Positions 52,801 to 63,549 are shown, counted from the stretch's first letter. The stretch is 64,000 nt of DNA from Anaeramoeba ignava BMAN (GCA_028826165.1 JAPDFW010000072.1:124001-188000), one strand, 5' to 3'. Notes: generated by a model not told the origin, from the sequence alone. A program made the numbers and translations.

Positions 52801-54593
52801 TAAAAATTATATTATCATTTAAATAATATTTATTATTTTCAAATTCTAATGGATTTATTATTATTTATTTATTTATTTATTTAAATAGCCTGTAAATAAT
52901 TTCAAAATTTGTTTTATGAATCAATTCAATTATAAAATTTCTTGTTATTTATCGAAAGGATGTAAATAGTTAAACTTTTTCTTTTGAAGGAAATTTTCTA
53001 ATTCAATTTCAATCAAAAATCATCTTAATTTCCAAAATCAATAGAAAGTAATCCATCCTTAAATCAGAAACCAAAGAAAATAAATCAAAATTTTTTTAAT
53101 CATCTTTCATGCAAATTAATAGGATGTAAATTAATAAATAAATTTTCAAAATTTGAGACTTAAAAAAAATATAATTTGGAAATAGTTTGTAAATTTTAGG
53201 TTATTTTCAATAATTTAGTAAAACAATTTATTAACAAAAAAATAAAAGAGTGTAAAATATTATTTAATTGGAATAAATTGAGAATAAAGTCGAATCAAAT
53301 CTAAAATATGAAAAAAAAAGGCTGTAAATAATTAAATTAGAAATAAATTATGAAATGGCTTATTAAACAAATTATTTAATTTAAAGAGTGTAAATTTGAA
53401 AAATAATGAATTTTATTTTGTTTTACTTTTAAAATCAATTCTAAATTAAAATTAAACAGCCAGTAAATTTACCTTATTATCTAAAAAAAAACATGAATAT
53501 TAAATGAAAAAAAATTATTTTAATCAATAGAGAGTAAAAAATATTAAACAAAAATAGAAAAGAAATCAATTAATCTTAAATCAAAAAAAAAAAAAACATA
53601 ATTGAATAAAATTAGTTTGTAAATGATAGAAATTATTTGAAATTAACATTTTTCTAAGTTTTATTTTCTGAATTTTGAATTTTTAGGCAAGTCCTTTTCA
53701 TAATTTATGTGGAAACACATCAATCACAGCAGATATGATTAAAATTTTGATTCAAAAAGGAATTGATTTCAATTTACAACTTGTAAATAAATAAATGATT
53801 TTTTTTTTCAAAATGAAAAAGTGGAATAAATAATTAATTTTAAATAACAACAATAAGGTTGTAAAATTTTTTTTTTATAAAAGAATAAAGTTTGGATATT
53901 GAATATTGAATAATATTATTTAGGATGTAAATAAATTAAAAAGGGAAAATTATTGATAGATTAAATAATAAAATATTTTTTGGATTATTGAAACAAAAGT
54001 CTGTAAATAATTTAGATTATGATTAAATAAAATGAATGATTTAAGTTTTTTTTTTCTTTTGTTAAAATTTGAATAGGAAGTAAATTATTATTAATTTTTT
54101 AACTTTTAATTTTTAATTTTTTAATTTTTTGGAATAAAATAGTGGGTAAATATCATTTTATTTTATTTTCAATTTTGATTTTATTAATTATTGGAATAGA
54201 TTGTAAATTTTCTTTTTAGGAAATAAAATTTAAATTATTTTTATTGTGATTAATTAAATTAATTAGAGAGTAAATTAAAAATTAAAATTGAAAAATTAAA
54301 AATTAAAAACTAATTTTCATTCTTCAAAAGGGAGTAAATTTAATTTTAAATTTAATTTTAAATTGAATTTTAAATTAATCAAAAACAAAAATTACAAATA
54401 TTTTTAGCCAAGTCCATTATTTGTTCTTTGTCAAAATCCATCAATTACAGAAGAAATTATCAATTTAATTAAAACAACAAAAGCTGATTTTAATTTGAAG
54501 ATTGGAGATGATTGGTATATTGAGGATAAAAGTTATTCAAGAGGAACAAAACCAATTGATTTATTGAAGGATTCTTTGAAGAAATTGATTTAA
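49809..54593 (+). CDS. Gene A: ARM-like repeats + 5 ankyrin repeats whose inter-repeat loops are encoded by 36 single-codon micro-exons
   Basis: Exons 49809-49825, 49971-50059, 50143-50274, 50336-50464, 50551-50682 (ARM-like [26 protein letters not shown]) and 50746-50798. ANK exons 51003-51101, 51409-51504 ([10 protein letters not shown]), 52485-52580 ([10 protein letters not shown]), 53687-53782 ([10 protein letters not shown]) and 54408-54593 (stop TAA). All are GT-AG and frame-consistent; ANK exons are phase 0. Confidence 0.85.
51176..51316 (+). other. Gene A micro-exon array 1: three 3-nt exons (D,G,D)
   Basis: ag|GAT|gt 51176, ag|GGT|gt 51251, ag|GAT|gt 51314. Confidence 0.8.
51577..52420 (+). 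other. Gene A micro-exon array 2: eleven 3-nt exons (R,V,Q,K,K,Y,F,D,T,F,D)
   Basis: AG|NNN|GTAA with codons starting at 51577, 51655, 51748, 51838, 51913, 51986, 52086, 52181, 52245, 52326 and 52418. Confidence 0.8.
52663..53618 (+). other. Gene A micro-exon array 3: fourteen 3-nt exons (S,M,K,P,D,K,D,F,S,A,S,P,R,F)
   Basis: AG|NNN|GT with codons starting at 52663, 52731, 52797, 52889, 52959, 53045, 53123, 53186, 53249, 53321, 53387, 53460, 53531 and 53616. Confidence 0.8.
53858..54333 (+). other. Gene A micro-exon array 4: eight 3-nt exons (V,D,S,E,W,I,R,G)
   Basis: AG|NNN|GTAA with codons starting at 53858, 53924, 54000, 54077, 54143, 54200, 54267 and 54331. Confidence 0.8.
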
Positions 54594-54795
54594 AAATTCC
54601 ACTTTTTTCTTTTTAAATCAATTCCACTTTTTTTTTTCAAATCAATTTTACTTCGATTTAAGAATAAAACAACAAATTTCAAACAAAATTTTGATTTTGA
54701 TTTTGATTTTGATTTTGAATTCTTTATTCTTAAAAGAATTGAAAAAAAATTGAATTGAATTGAAAATTGAATTGAAAAATTGAAAAAGAATTTTG

Positions 54796-57700
54796 TTAAA
54801 CCAATTTTTTGAGGTTTTCTTTTAATAAATCTTTTGGTGTCTTTGATGAAACTATAGTTCTTCCAATTCTCCACATTCCTTGAGTTTTCGAATAAAAATT
54901 AGCATTAGTTTCCTTCAGTAATTTTATCATATCTTCGTTAACTGAACGATTGTTACAAAGAAAATGTAATGGTGTTAACTAAAAATAATATAAAAATAAT
55001 ATAAAAATAATATAAAAATAATAATTATTTTTTTTTGATTGATTTTCTATATTTTTATTTTTAAATTACTCCCTAATTTAAAAGAGAAAAAGAAAATTAT
55101 TAAAAAGAAAAATCAATTTATGAAATTTTAATTCATTTAAATTTACTTCCTAATTTAATGTAAAAAAAATTTAAATTAAAATTAAAATTAAAATTAAAAA
55201 GAAAAATGTCTTTTGGGAATTTACTCTCTATTTCATTTATTCCAAAAAAAAATAATAATAAAAATAAAAATAAAAATAAAAATAAAAATAAAAATAAAAA
55301 TTTTTCACTTTCTAAATGTTTGAATTTTAATAAATATTTTTATAAATAACAATAATAAAAATTAAACTTGATAAATTTACATCCTTCTACAATTATAGAA
55401 AACAGAAAAAAAAACAGTTTTGTTTTTGTTTGAGTTATTATTGAATATTTCCTTTTTTTGGAAAAATTAATTTACTTCCTATTAAAAAATTTTTTTTAAA
55501 TTTAAAAAGAAAAAGGAAAAAGGAAAAAGGAAAGAAAATAAAGATTTAATTTATTTTTTATATTTACGGTCTATTTATTGAGAAAATTAAATAAATTTTA
55601 AATTTTATATAAAATAAAAAAGAAAAATTTATACCATTTTTAAATTAAAATTAAGTCCTTTTTCAATCAAAAGTTTGAGAATATCTGTTGTAATAGAAAT
55701 ATTGCCGCATAATTCATGAAGAGGAGAAAACTAATCAATAAAAAAAAAATAATCAATAAAAAATCAATAAATTTAAATTTAAAAAAAATTTACCCACTAT
55801 TTTGGATTATAAATTATTTTCAATTTCCAAAATAAAAAGTTGATTTTTAAAAAATTTTTTTCAATTTACAGTCTATTTCATCAAATTTTATGAATAAAAA
55901 ATCATTTCAAAAAAAAATGTATAAAAATTTATTGATCAATTCTTTACATGCTATTTATTAATAAATTTTAAATTAAATTTAATTTGAAATGAAAAAAAAA
56001 AAAAATTTTACTTTCTAAAGAAATGAGAAAGAATTATTAAATTGGATTTATTTGATTTATTTTTGAAAATTTACCATTTGAATATGAAAATTTGCTTTTG
56101 TTTTTTCCAAGATTAATTCAACTATTTCCTTTGTAATTGATTTATTTCTGCATAAATCATGAAGTGGTGTCCACTTTTTATTATTTTTATTTTTTAAAAA
56201 AATTTAATAAAGAAATGATTTTAATTGTTTCTTTTTTTTTTGGATTACAAACTATGAAATTTTAAATTTTGAGAGAATAAAAACATTTTTTAAGATCAAA
56301 AAGAGGGAAATTTCTTTTTATTTTTGAAAAAAAAATGTATTACATACTATTTTGGAAATGAAATATAAAAGGATATTTTTTTTACTTTCAATTAATGAAA
56401 AAAATTGTTTCTTTTTATTTTTATTTTTCTTACATCCTATTTTATGTAATTATTTATAAAGGAAAGATGAAAGTTTAATAAATATTTTCTGAATTTATTT
56501 TTTACATTCTATTTGAATGAAATTAAATTTCCAAAAAAAAAAAAATAATAAATAATTAAGATTGATATGAAAAAATTTCTATTTTACTGACTAAAGAAAT
56601 TCGAAAAAAAAAAGTGTAATCAAAAAGGAAGTTTTTTTTTTAAATGAATTTGTTGGAAAAAAAAATATTTTCTCAAAAAGAATAATAATTACATACTATA
56701 TTAAAAATAAGTTAATTTTCTATAATGGTTTGATAAATATTCTTGTTATTTACAAGCTAAATATCATTTAAATTAAAAATTATTATTTAGAATTCCAAAT
56801 AATTTTATTTCTCTTTTATAAAAATTACATACTAATTTAAAGAATTTTTAATAATGGAAATTAAAACAAAAAAAAGATTTATTGTTTAGTTTTTACTTTC
56901 TATTATTTTTTTTTTCAAAAAAAAAAAACTAATTTAATCATTTTCTTCTTTTGTTTAAAATATTAGATCAAAATATACTCCATTTAAATTGAAATTGGAA
57001 TTATTCTTAGCAAGTAATTCAATATGTGAGTAAGTAATATTGAGGTTTCTGCAAAAATAATGAACTGGTGACCACTTTAAATAATATATTTTATTTTATT
57101 TTTTATTTTTACTTTTTTTTTCAACAAAAAATTAATTAATTAATTTATTACGTGCTAATTTATTTTGATAAAAATTATTTTGATAAATTTTATTTTGATA
57201 AAATTTACAGACTATTTTTAATAAATAAAAAATCAGAATATAAATTTGTTTGGTTTTTTGTTTTTTTGGTTTTTACTTGCTATTTATTTTTTTGAAAAAT
57301 AATTCATTCAATTTTGGGAAATATTAATATAAATATGATTATGATTATTTAAGCAAAAAAAATACATCTTTTTGATTTAAATCAGCTCCTGATTCAATAA
57401 AATATTGAAGTATATCAATATCAAGTGAAGGTTGTGTTGCAAAAAAATGAAATGTTGTTGATTTCTAATTTTGTTTTTGATCATTAGAATGAAAAAATCA
57501 ATATAAAAAAATCATTTGGAAAGAAAGATTTTTTTTTTAAAATCAAAAATAAATACATTATGCTGTTTTGTTTTTTGGGAAATCAAATCAAAAAAAAAAG
57601 AAGGAAAGATAATATGGTTAATATTATTTTGTTTTAGAATTGTTAAAAATAATTAAATTACCATTTCGGAAGCATCAAAATCTTTTTTCAAGTTTTCTAA

Positions 57701-60700
57701 TTTTTTGGGTAGAATATCGGATATGATTGAATTAGAATCTGGTTTTGGGGAAGGAATTTTATTTTCTATGTTATTTTTGGGGGATTTGACTCTATTGAGG
57801 TTGCTTTGTTTTTGGGTTCTTGAGAGGCTTTTAGGTTTGTTGGTTGTTTCTTGATTTTCTTGATTATTTATTATTTATTATTATTTATTATTTATTATTT
57901 ATTATTATTATTTATTATTTATTATTATTTATTATTATTTATTATTATTTATTATTTATTATTATTTGATTTTGTGAATGAGAATTACCTGTCGATTGAT
58001 TATTTAATTGGAATTGATTCATAACAGGTTTTTGATTTGGTGAATGGAATTGATTTGATTGATTAGTCTTATTTGGGCTTATGGTTCGATTTGGTGAATG
58101 GAATTGATTCATAACAGGTTTTTGATTTGATGATTGGAATTGATTTGATTGATTAGTCTTATTTGGACTTATGGTTCGATTTGGTGAATGGAATTGATTT
58201 GATTGATTAGTCTTATTTGGGCTTATGGTTCGATTTGGTGAATGGAATTGATTCATAACAGGTTTTTGATTTGGTGATTGTAATTGATTTGATTGATTAG
58301 TCTTATTTGGACTTATGGTTCGATTTGGTGAATGTGGTTTCCTTGGATCTAAATTTTAATTTTAAATTTAATTTAAATTTTAAATTTATAAATTTAAATT
58401 TTATAAATTTATTTACCTGAAGGTTTTAATTTTTTCAAACATTGAGTAAATTGGTCTAAAGAACATCTTTCTTTTGGATTAAAATCCCATCCTTTTTTAA
58501 TTAATTCTGATAATTCTTTTGGGAAATTATTTGTAAATTCTGGTCTATTTCCATTCATAACAGTCATAGTAACTTGAATAAAATTAAGATTATCAAATGG
58601 TTCTTTTTTAGCAAAAATAGAATATAAAATCATTGCTAAACTATAAATATCACATGAAGCATCATATTCATTTCCTTCATTAAATAGTTCAGGAGCAGAA
58701 TAACGAAATGAACCAGTAGTTTTAGTGACTTTCATTGTATGTTCTTTAACTCTTGAAACTCCAAAATCTGAAATTTTTGGTTTATTACTAAAAATCAAGA
58801 TATTTTCAGGTTTTAAATCTCGATGAATAATAGATTTAGAATGTAGAAATTTTATTCCTTCAATAATATCAAGTGAGAATCTTATTTGTTCATCAAATGT
58901 TAAATTTATAATCTTGTTTTTTAAATCACCTTCTAAAGCATAATCCATCACAATTCCAAGCATACTATCCATTTCAACTATTCCATAAATTCTCACAATA
59001 GATGGATGATTTAATTTTGTTGCAAAGTTAATTTCATTATGAAATTCTTTTTTTGCTTTTTCATCATTTAAAATATTAAATTTCTTAATAACAACATCTT
59101 TTGATTTCCATTTTGCTTTGAATATTTGACATGTTTCTCCAATAGAAAATGGTTTTGATTCAATTTGTAATTCTTTTAACGGAATTGGTTTAATTTGTTC
59201 ATTTATTCCTAATTTTTAATTTTAATTTTGATTTTAATTTTAATTTTAATTTTAATTTTAAATTTAATTTTAATTTTAATTTTAATTTTAATTTTAATTT
59301 TAATTTTGATTTTGATTTGAATTTTAATTTTAATTTTAAATTTTGATTTTAAATTTAAATTTTAATTTTAATTTTAATTTTAATTTTAATTTTAATTTTT
59401 AATTTTAATTTTAATTTTGATTTTAAATTTGATTTTGATTTTTAATTTTAATTTTAATTTTGATTTTGATTTTAATTTTAATTTTAATTTTAATTTTAAT
59501 TTTAATTTTAATTTTAATTTTAATTTTAATTTTAATTTTAATTTTGATTTTAAATTTTGATTTTAATTTTAATTTTAATTTTAATTTTGATTTTAATTTT
59601 GATTTTAATTTTAATTTTTAATTTTAATTTTGATTTTAATTTTGATTTTGATTTTAATTTTAATTTTGATTTTAATTTTAATTTTAATTTTAATTTTAAT
59701 TTTTAATTTAAATTTTTAATTTTATAAATTTATTTACCTGAAGGTTTTAATTTTTTCAAACATTGAGTAAATTGATCTAAAGAACATCTTTCTTTTGGAT
59801 TAAAATCCCATCCTTTTTTAATTAATTCTGATAATTCTTTTGGGAAATTATTTGGGAATTCAGGTCTATTTCCATTCATAACAGTCATAGTAACTTGAAT
59901 AAAATTAAGATTATCAAATGGTTCTTTTTTAGCAAAAATAGAATATAAAATCATTGCTAAACTATAAATATCACATGAAGCATCATATTCATTTCCTTCA
60001 TTAAATAGTTCAGGAGCAGAATAACGAAATGAATCAGTACTTTTAGTAACTTTCATTGTATGTTCTTTAACTCTTGAAACTCCAAAATCTGAAATTTTTG
60101 GTTTATTACCAGAAATCAAGATATTTTCAGGTTTTAAATCTCGATGAATAATAGATTTAGAATGTAGAAATTTTATTCCTTCAATAATATCAAGTGAGAA
60201 TCTTTATTTGTTCATCAAATGTTAAATTTATAATCTTGTTTTTTAAATCACCTTCTCCAGCATAATCCATCACAATTCCAAGCATACTATCTATTTCAAC
60301 TATTCCATAAATTCTCACAATAGATGGATGATTTAATTTTGTTGCAAAGTTAATTTCATTATGAAATTCTTTTTTTGCTTTTTCATCATTTAAAATATTA
60401 AATCTCTTAATAACAACATCTTTTGATTTCCATTTTGCTTTGAATATTTGGCATGTTTCTCCAATAGAAAATGGTTTTGATTCAATTTGTAATTCTTTTA
60501 ACGGAATTGGTTTAATTTGTTCATTTATTCCTAAATTTTAATTTTTAATTTTAAATTTTGATTTTTAAATTTTGATTTTTAATTTTAATTTTAATTTTAA
60601 TTTTGATTTTAATTTTAATTTTAAATTTTAATTTTGATTTTAAATTTTAATTTTAATTTTAATTTTGATTTTAATTTTGATTTTAATTTTGATTTTAATT

Positions 60701-63005
60701 TTAATTTTAATTTTAATTTTGATTTTTAAATTTAAATTTTTAATTTTATAAATTTATTTACCTGAAGGTTTTAATTTTTTCAAACATTGAGTAAATTGAT
60801 CTAAAGAACATCTTTCTTTTGGATTAAAATTCCATCCTTTTTTAATTAATTCTGATAATTCTTTTGGGAAATTATTTGGGAATTCAGGTCTATTTCCATT
60901 CATAACAGTCATAGTAACTTGAATAAAATTAAGATTATCAAATGGTTCTTTTTTAGCAAAAATAGAATATAAAATCATTGCTAAACTATAAATATCACAT
61001 GAAGCATCATATTCATTTCCTTCATTAAATAGTTCAGGAGCAGAATAACGAAATGAATCAGTACTTTTAGTAACTTTCATTGTATGTTCTTTAACTCTTG
61101 AAACTCCAAAATCTGAAATTTTTGGTTTATTACTAAAAATCAAGATATTTTCAGGTTTTAAATCTCGATGAATAATAGATTTAGAATGTAGAAATTTTAT
61201 TCCTTCAATAATATCAAGTGAGAATCTTTATTTGTTCATCAAATGTTAAATTGTGCATTCTCTTTTTTAAATCACCTTCTAAAGCATAATCCATCACAAT
61301 TCCAAGCATACTATCCATTTCAACTATTCCATAAATTCTCACAATAGATGGATGATTTAATTTTGTTGCCAACTTGATTTCATTATGAAATTCTTTTTTT
61401 GCTTTTTCATCATTTAAAATATTAAATTTCTTAATAACAACATCTTTTGATTTCCATTTTGCTTTGAATATTTGGCATGTTTCTCCAATAAAAAATGGTT
61501 TTGATTCAATTTGTAATTCTTTTAACGGAATTGGTTTAATTTGTTCATTTATTCCTAATTTTTAATTTTAATTTTGATTTTAATTTTAATTTTAATTTTA
61601 ATTTTAATTTTAAATTTTGATTTTAATTTTGATTTTAATTTTGATTTTAATTTTAATTTTGATTTTAATTTTAATTTTAATTTTAATTTTAATTTTAAAT
61701 TTTAATTTTAATTTTGATTTTAATTTTAAATTTTTTAATTTTGATTTTAATTTTAATTTTTATTTTTTTAATTTTTAATTTTGATTTTGATTTTAATTTT
61801 AATTTTGATTTTAATTCTAAATTTTAAATTTAATTTTAATTTTATTTTGAATTTAAATTTTGATTTTAATTTAAATTTTAATTTAAATTTTAATTTTGAT
61901 TTTAATTTTGATTTTAATTTTAATTTTAATTTTAATTTAAATTTTAATTTTAAATTTAATTTTAATTATTAATTTTGATTCAAATTTTTAATTTTATAAA
62001 TTTATTTACCTGAAGGTTTTAATTTTTTCAAACATTCAATAAATTGATCTAAAGAACATTTTCTTTTGGATTAAAATTCCATCCTTTTTTAATTAATTCT
62101 GATAATTCTTTTGGGAAATTATTTGGGAATTCGGGTCTATTTCCATTCATAACAGTCATAGTAACTTGAATAAAATTAAGATCATCAAATGGTTCTTTTT
62201 TAGCAAAAATAGAATATAAAATCATTGCTAAACTATAAATATCACATGAAGTATCATATTCATTTCCTTCATTAAATAGTTCAGGAGCAGAATAACGAAA
62301 TGAATTAGTAGTTTTAGTAACTTTCATTGTATGTTCTCTAACTCTTGAAACTCCAAAATCTGAAATTTTTGGTTTATTACCAGAAATCAAGATATTTTCA
62401 GGTTTTAAATCTCGATGAATAATAGCATTAGAATGTAGAAATTTTATTCCTTCAATAATATCAAGTGAGAACTTTATTTGTTCATCAAATGTTAAATTGT
62501 GCATTCTCTTTTTTAAATCACCTTCTCCAGCATAATCCATCACAATTCCAAGCATACTATCCATTTCAACTATTCCATAAATTCTCACAATAGATGGATG
62601 ATCCAATTTCATTGCCAACTTGATTTCATTATGAAATTCTTTTTTTGCTTTTTCATTGTTTAAAATATTAAGTCTCTTAATAACAACATCTTTTGATTTC
62701 CATTTTGCTTTGAATATTTGGCATGTTTCTCCATTAGAAAATGGTTCGGGTTCAATTTGTAATTCTTTTAACGGAATTGCTGGAATAATTTCTTGGTTTG
62801 TTTGGTTTTTCAGTTTTTCCACTAATGATAATAATGCTCTGTTTGGAATTGGTCGAAAATCATCAAAAGAAGATCGGCAAAAAATACAACTGTTACTCTT
62901 TTTTAAACATGATTCACATATTGTATGTCCTTCTTGGCAAATGATCATCGGTTTTTTTAATTTTGAATAATTTTCAAAGCATTGTGGACAAATTTCTGGT
63001 TCCAT
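54796..63005 (-). CDS. Gene B: RING finger + four tandem protein-kinase (TKL-like) exons + S/P/N-rich linker + 5 ankyrin repeats with 23 single-codon micro-exons
   Basis: Exon 63005-62010 (RING CPQC...[11 protein letters not shown]...CIFC plus kinase 1), kinase exons 61554-60762, 60530-59738 and 59208-58417 ([18 protein letters not shown]), linker 58348-57662 and a 6-nt exon 57562-57557. ANK exons 57464-57366, 57074-56979, 56173-56075, 55730-55635 and 54978-54796 (stop). Single-base frame breaks near 62060, 61228, 60203 and in the AAT tract 57870-57960 make full continuity an inference. Confidence 0.75.
55070..55570 (-). other. Gene B micro-exon array 4: seven 3-nt exons (T,E,D,K,R,E,G)
   Basis: Lowest coordinates 55568, 55476, 55381, 55309, 55225, 55147 and 55070. 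Confidence 0.8.
55794..56014 (-). other. Gene B micro-exon array 3: four 3-nt exons (K,H,T,W)
   Basis: Lowest coordinates 56012, 55948, 55870 and 55794. Confidence 0.8.
56249..56899 (-). other. Gene B micro-exon array 2: nine 3-nt exons (K,Y,L,Y,S,N,D,Y,F)
   Basis: Lowest coordinates 56897, 56829, 56754, 56693, 56588, 56506, 56434, 56344 and 56249; all read TAG|NNN|GTAA on the minus strand. Confidence 0.8.
57152..57279 (-). other. Gene B micro-exon array 1: three 3-nt exons (Q,S,H)
   Basis: Plus-strand ac-NNN-ct at 57277-79 (CAA), 57209-11 (TCT) and 57152-54 (CAC). Confidence 0.8.
58005..58335 (-). repeat. Coding tandem repeat ([18 protein letters not shown] / NQxQSxNQKPVM) in the gene B linker
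   Basis: 54-nt and 36-nt units interleaved, about 4 and 3 copies; Ser-Pro rich. Confidence 0.85.
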
Positions 63006-63549
63006 TTGTAAAAAAAACAAAACAAAACAAAACAAAAATGAATTAAATGAGATAAAAAAAATGAAAAATGAAAAATGAAATTTAATTTTCCTTTTTTTCT
63101 TTTTTTTAATTTTAATTTTAATTTTTGATTTTAATTTTGATTTTAATTTTGATTTTGATTTTGATTTTAATTTTAATTTTAATTTTAATTTTAATTTTGA
63201 TTTTAATTTTAATTTTAATTTTAATTTTAATTTTATTTTTGATTTTAATTATAATTTTAATTTTGATTTTAATTTTGATTTTAATTTTGATTTTAATTTC
63301 AATTTTTGATTTTAATTTTGATTTTGATTTTATTTTTAATTATGATTTTAATTTTAATTTTTAATTTTAATTTTAATTTTAATTTTAATTTTAATTTTAA
63401 TTTTAATTTTAATTTTAATTTTAATTTTAATTTTATTTTTAATTTTAATTTTAATTTTAATTTTTAATTTTAATTTTAATTTTGATTTTAATTTTGATTT
63501 TAATTTTGATTTTGATTTTTAAATTTGATTTTAATTTTCTTTATTGATT

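Noticed and set aside
54590-54874. 94-aa [14 protein letters not shown]... on the minus strand
   Set aside because: It is an alternative frame overlapping the true terminal ankyrin exon of gene B (54978-54796) and its 3' UTR.
51100-57400. Regularly spaced short motifs read as a CRISPR-like array or tandem repeat
   Set aside because: The constant part is only the AG and GTAA splice signals, the spacers are unrelated AT-rich introns, there are no cas genes, and the context is eukaryotic.
60195-61235. Identical +1 frameshift in kinase copies 2 and 3, suggesting programmed frameshifting or shared pseudogenisation
   Set aside because: The site (gagaatctttatttg) is an exact hybrid of the in-frame variants in copy 1 (gagaactttatttg) and copy 4 (gagaatcttatttg), as expected from consensus mixing of paralogous reads. 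It needs read-level checking before being treated as real.
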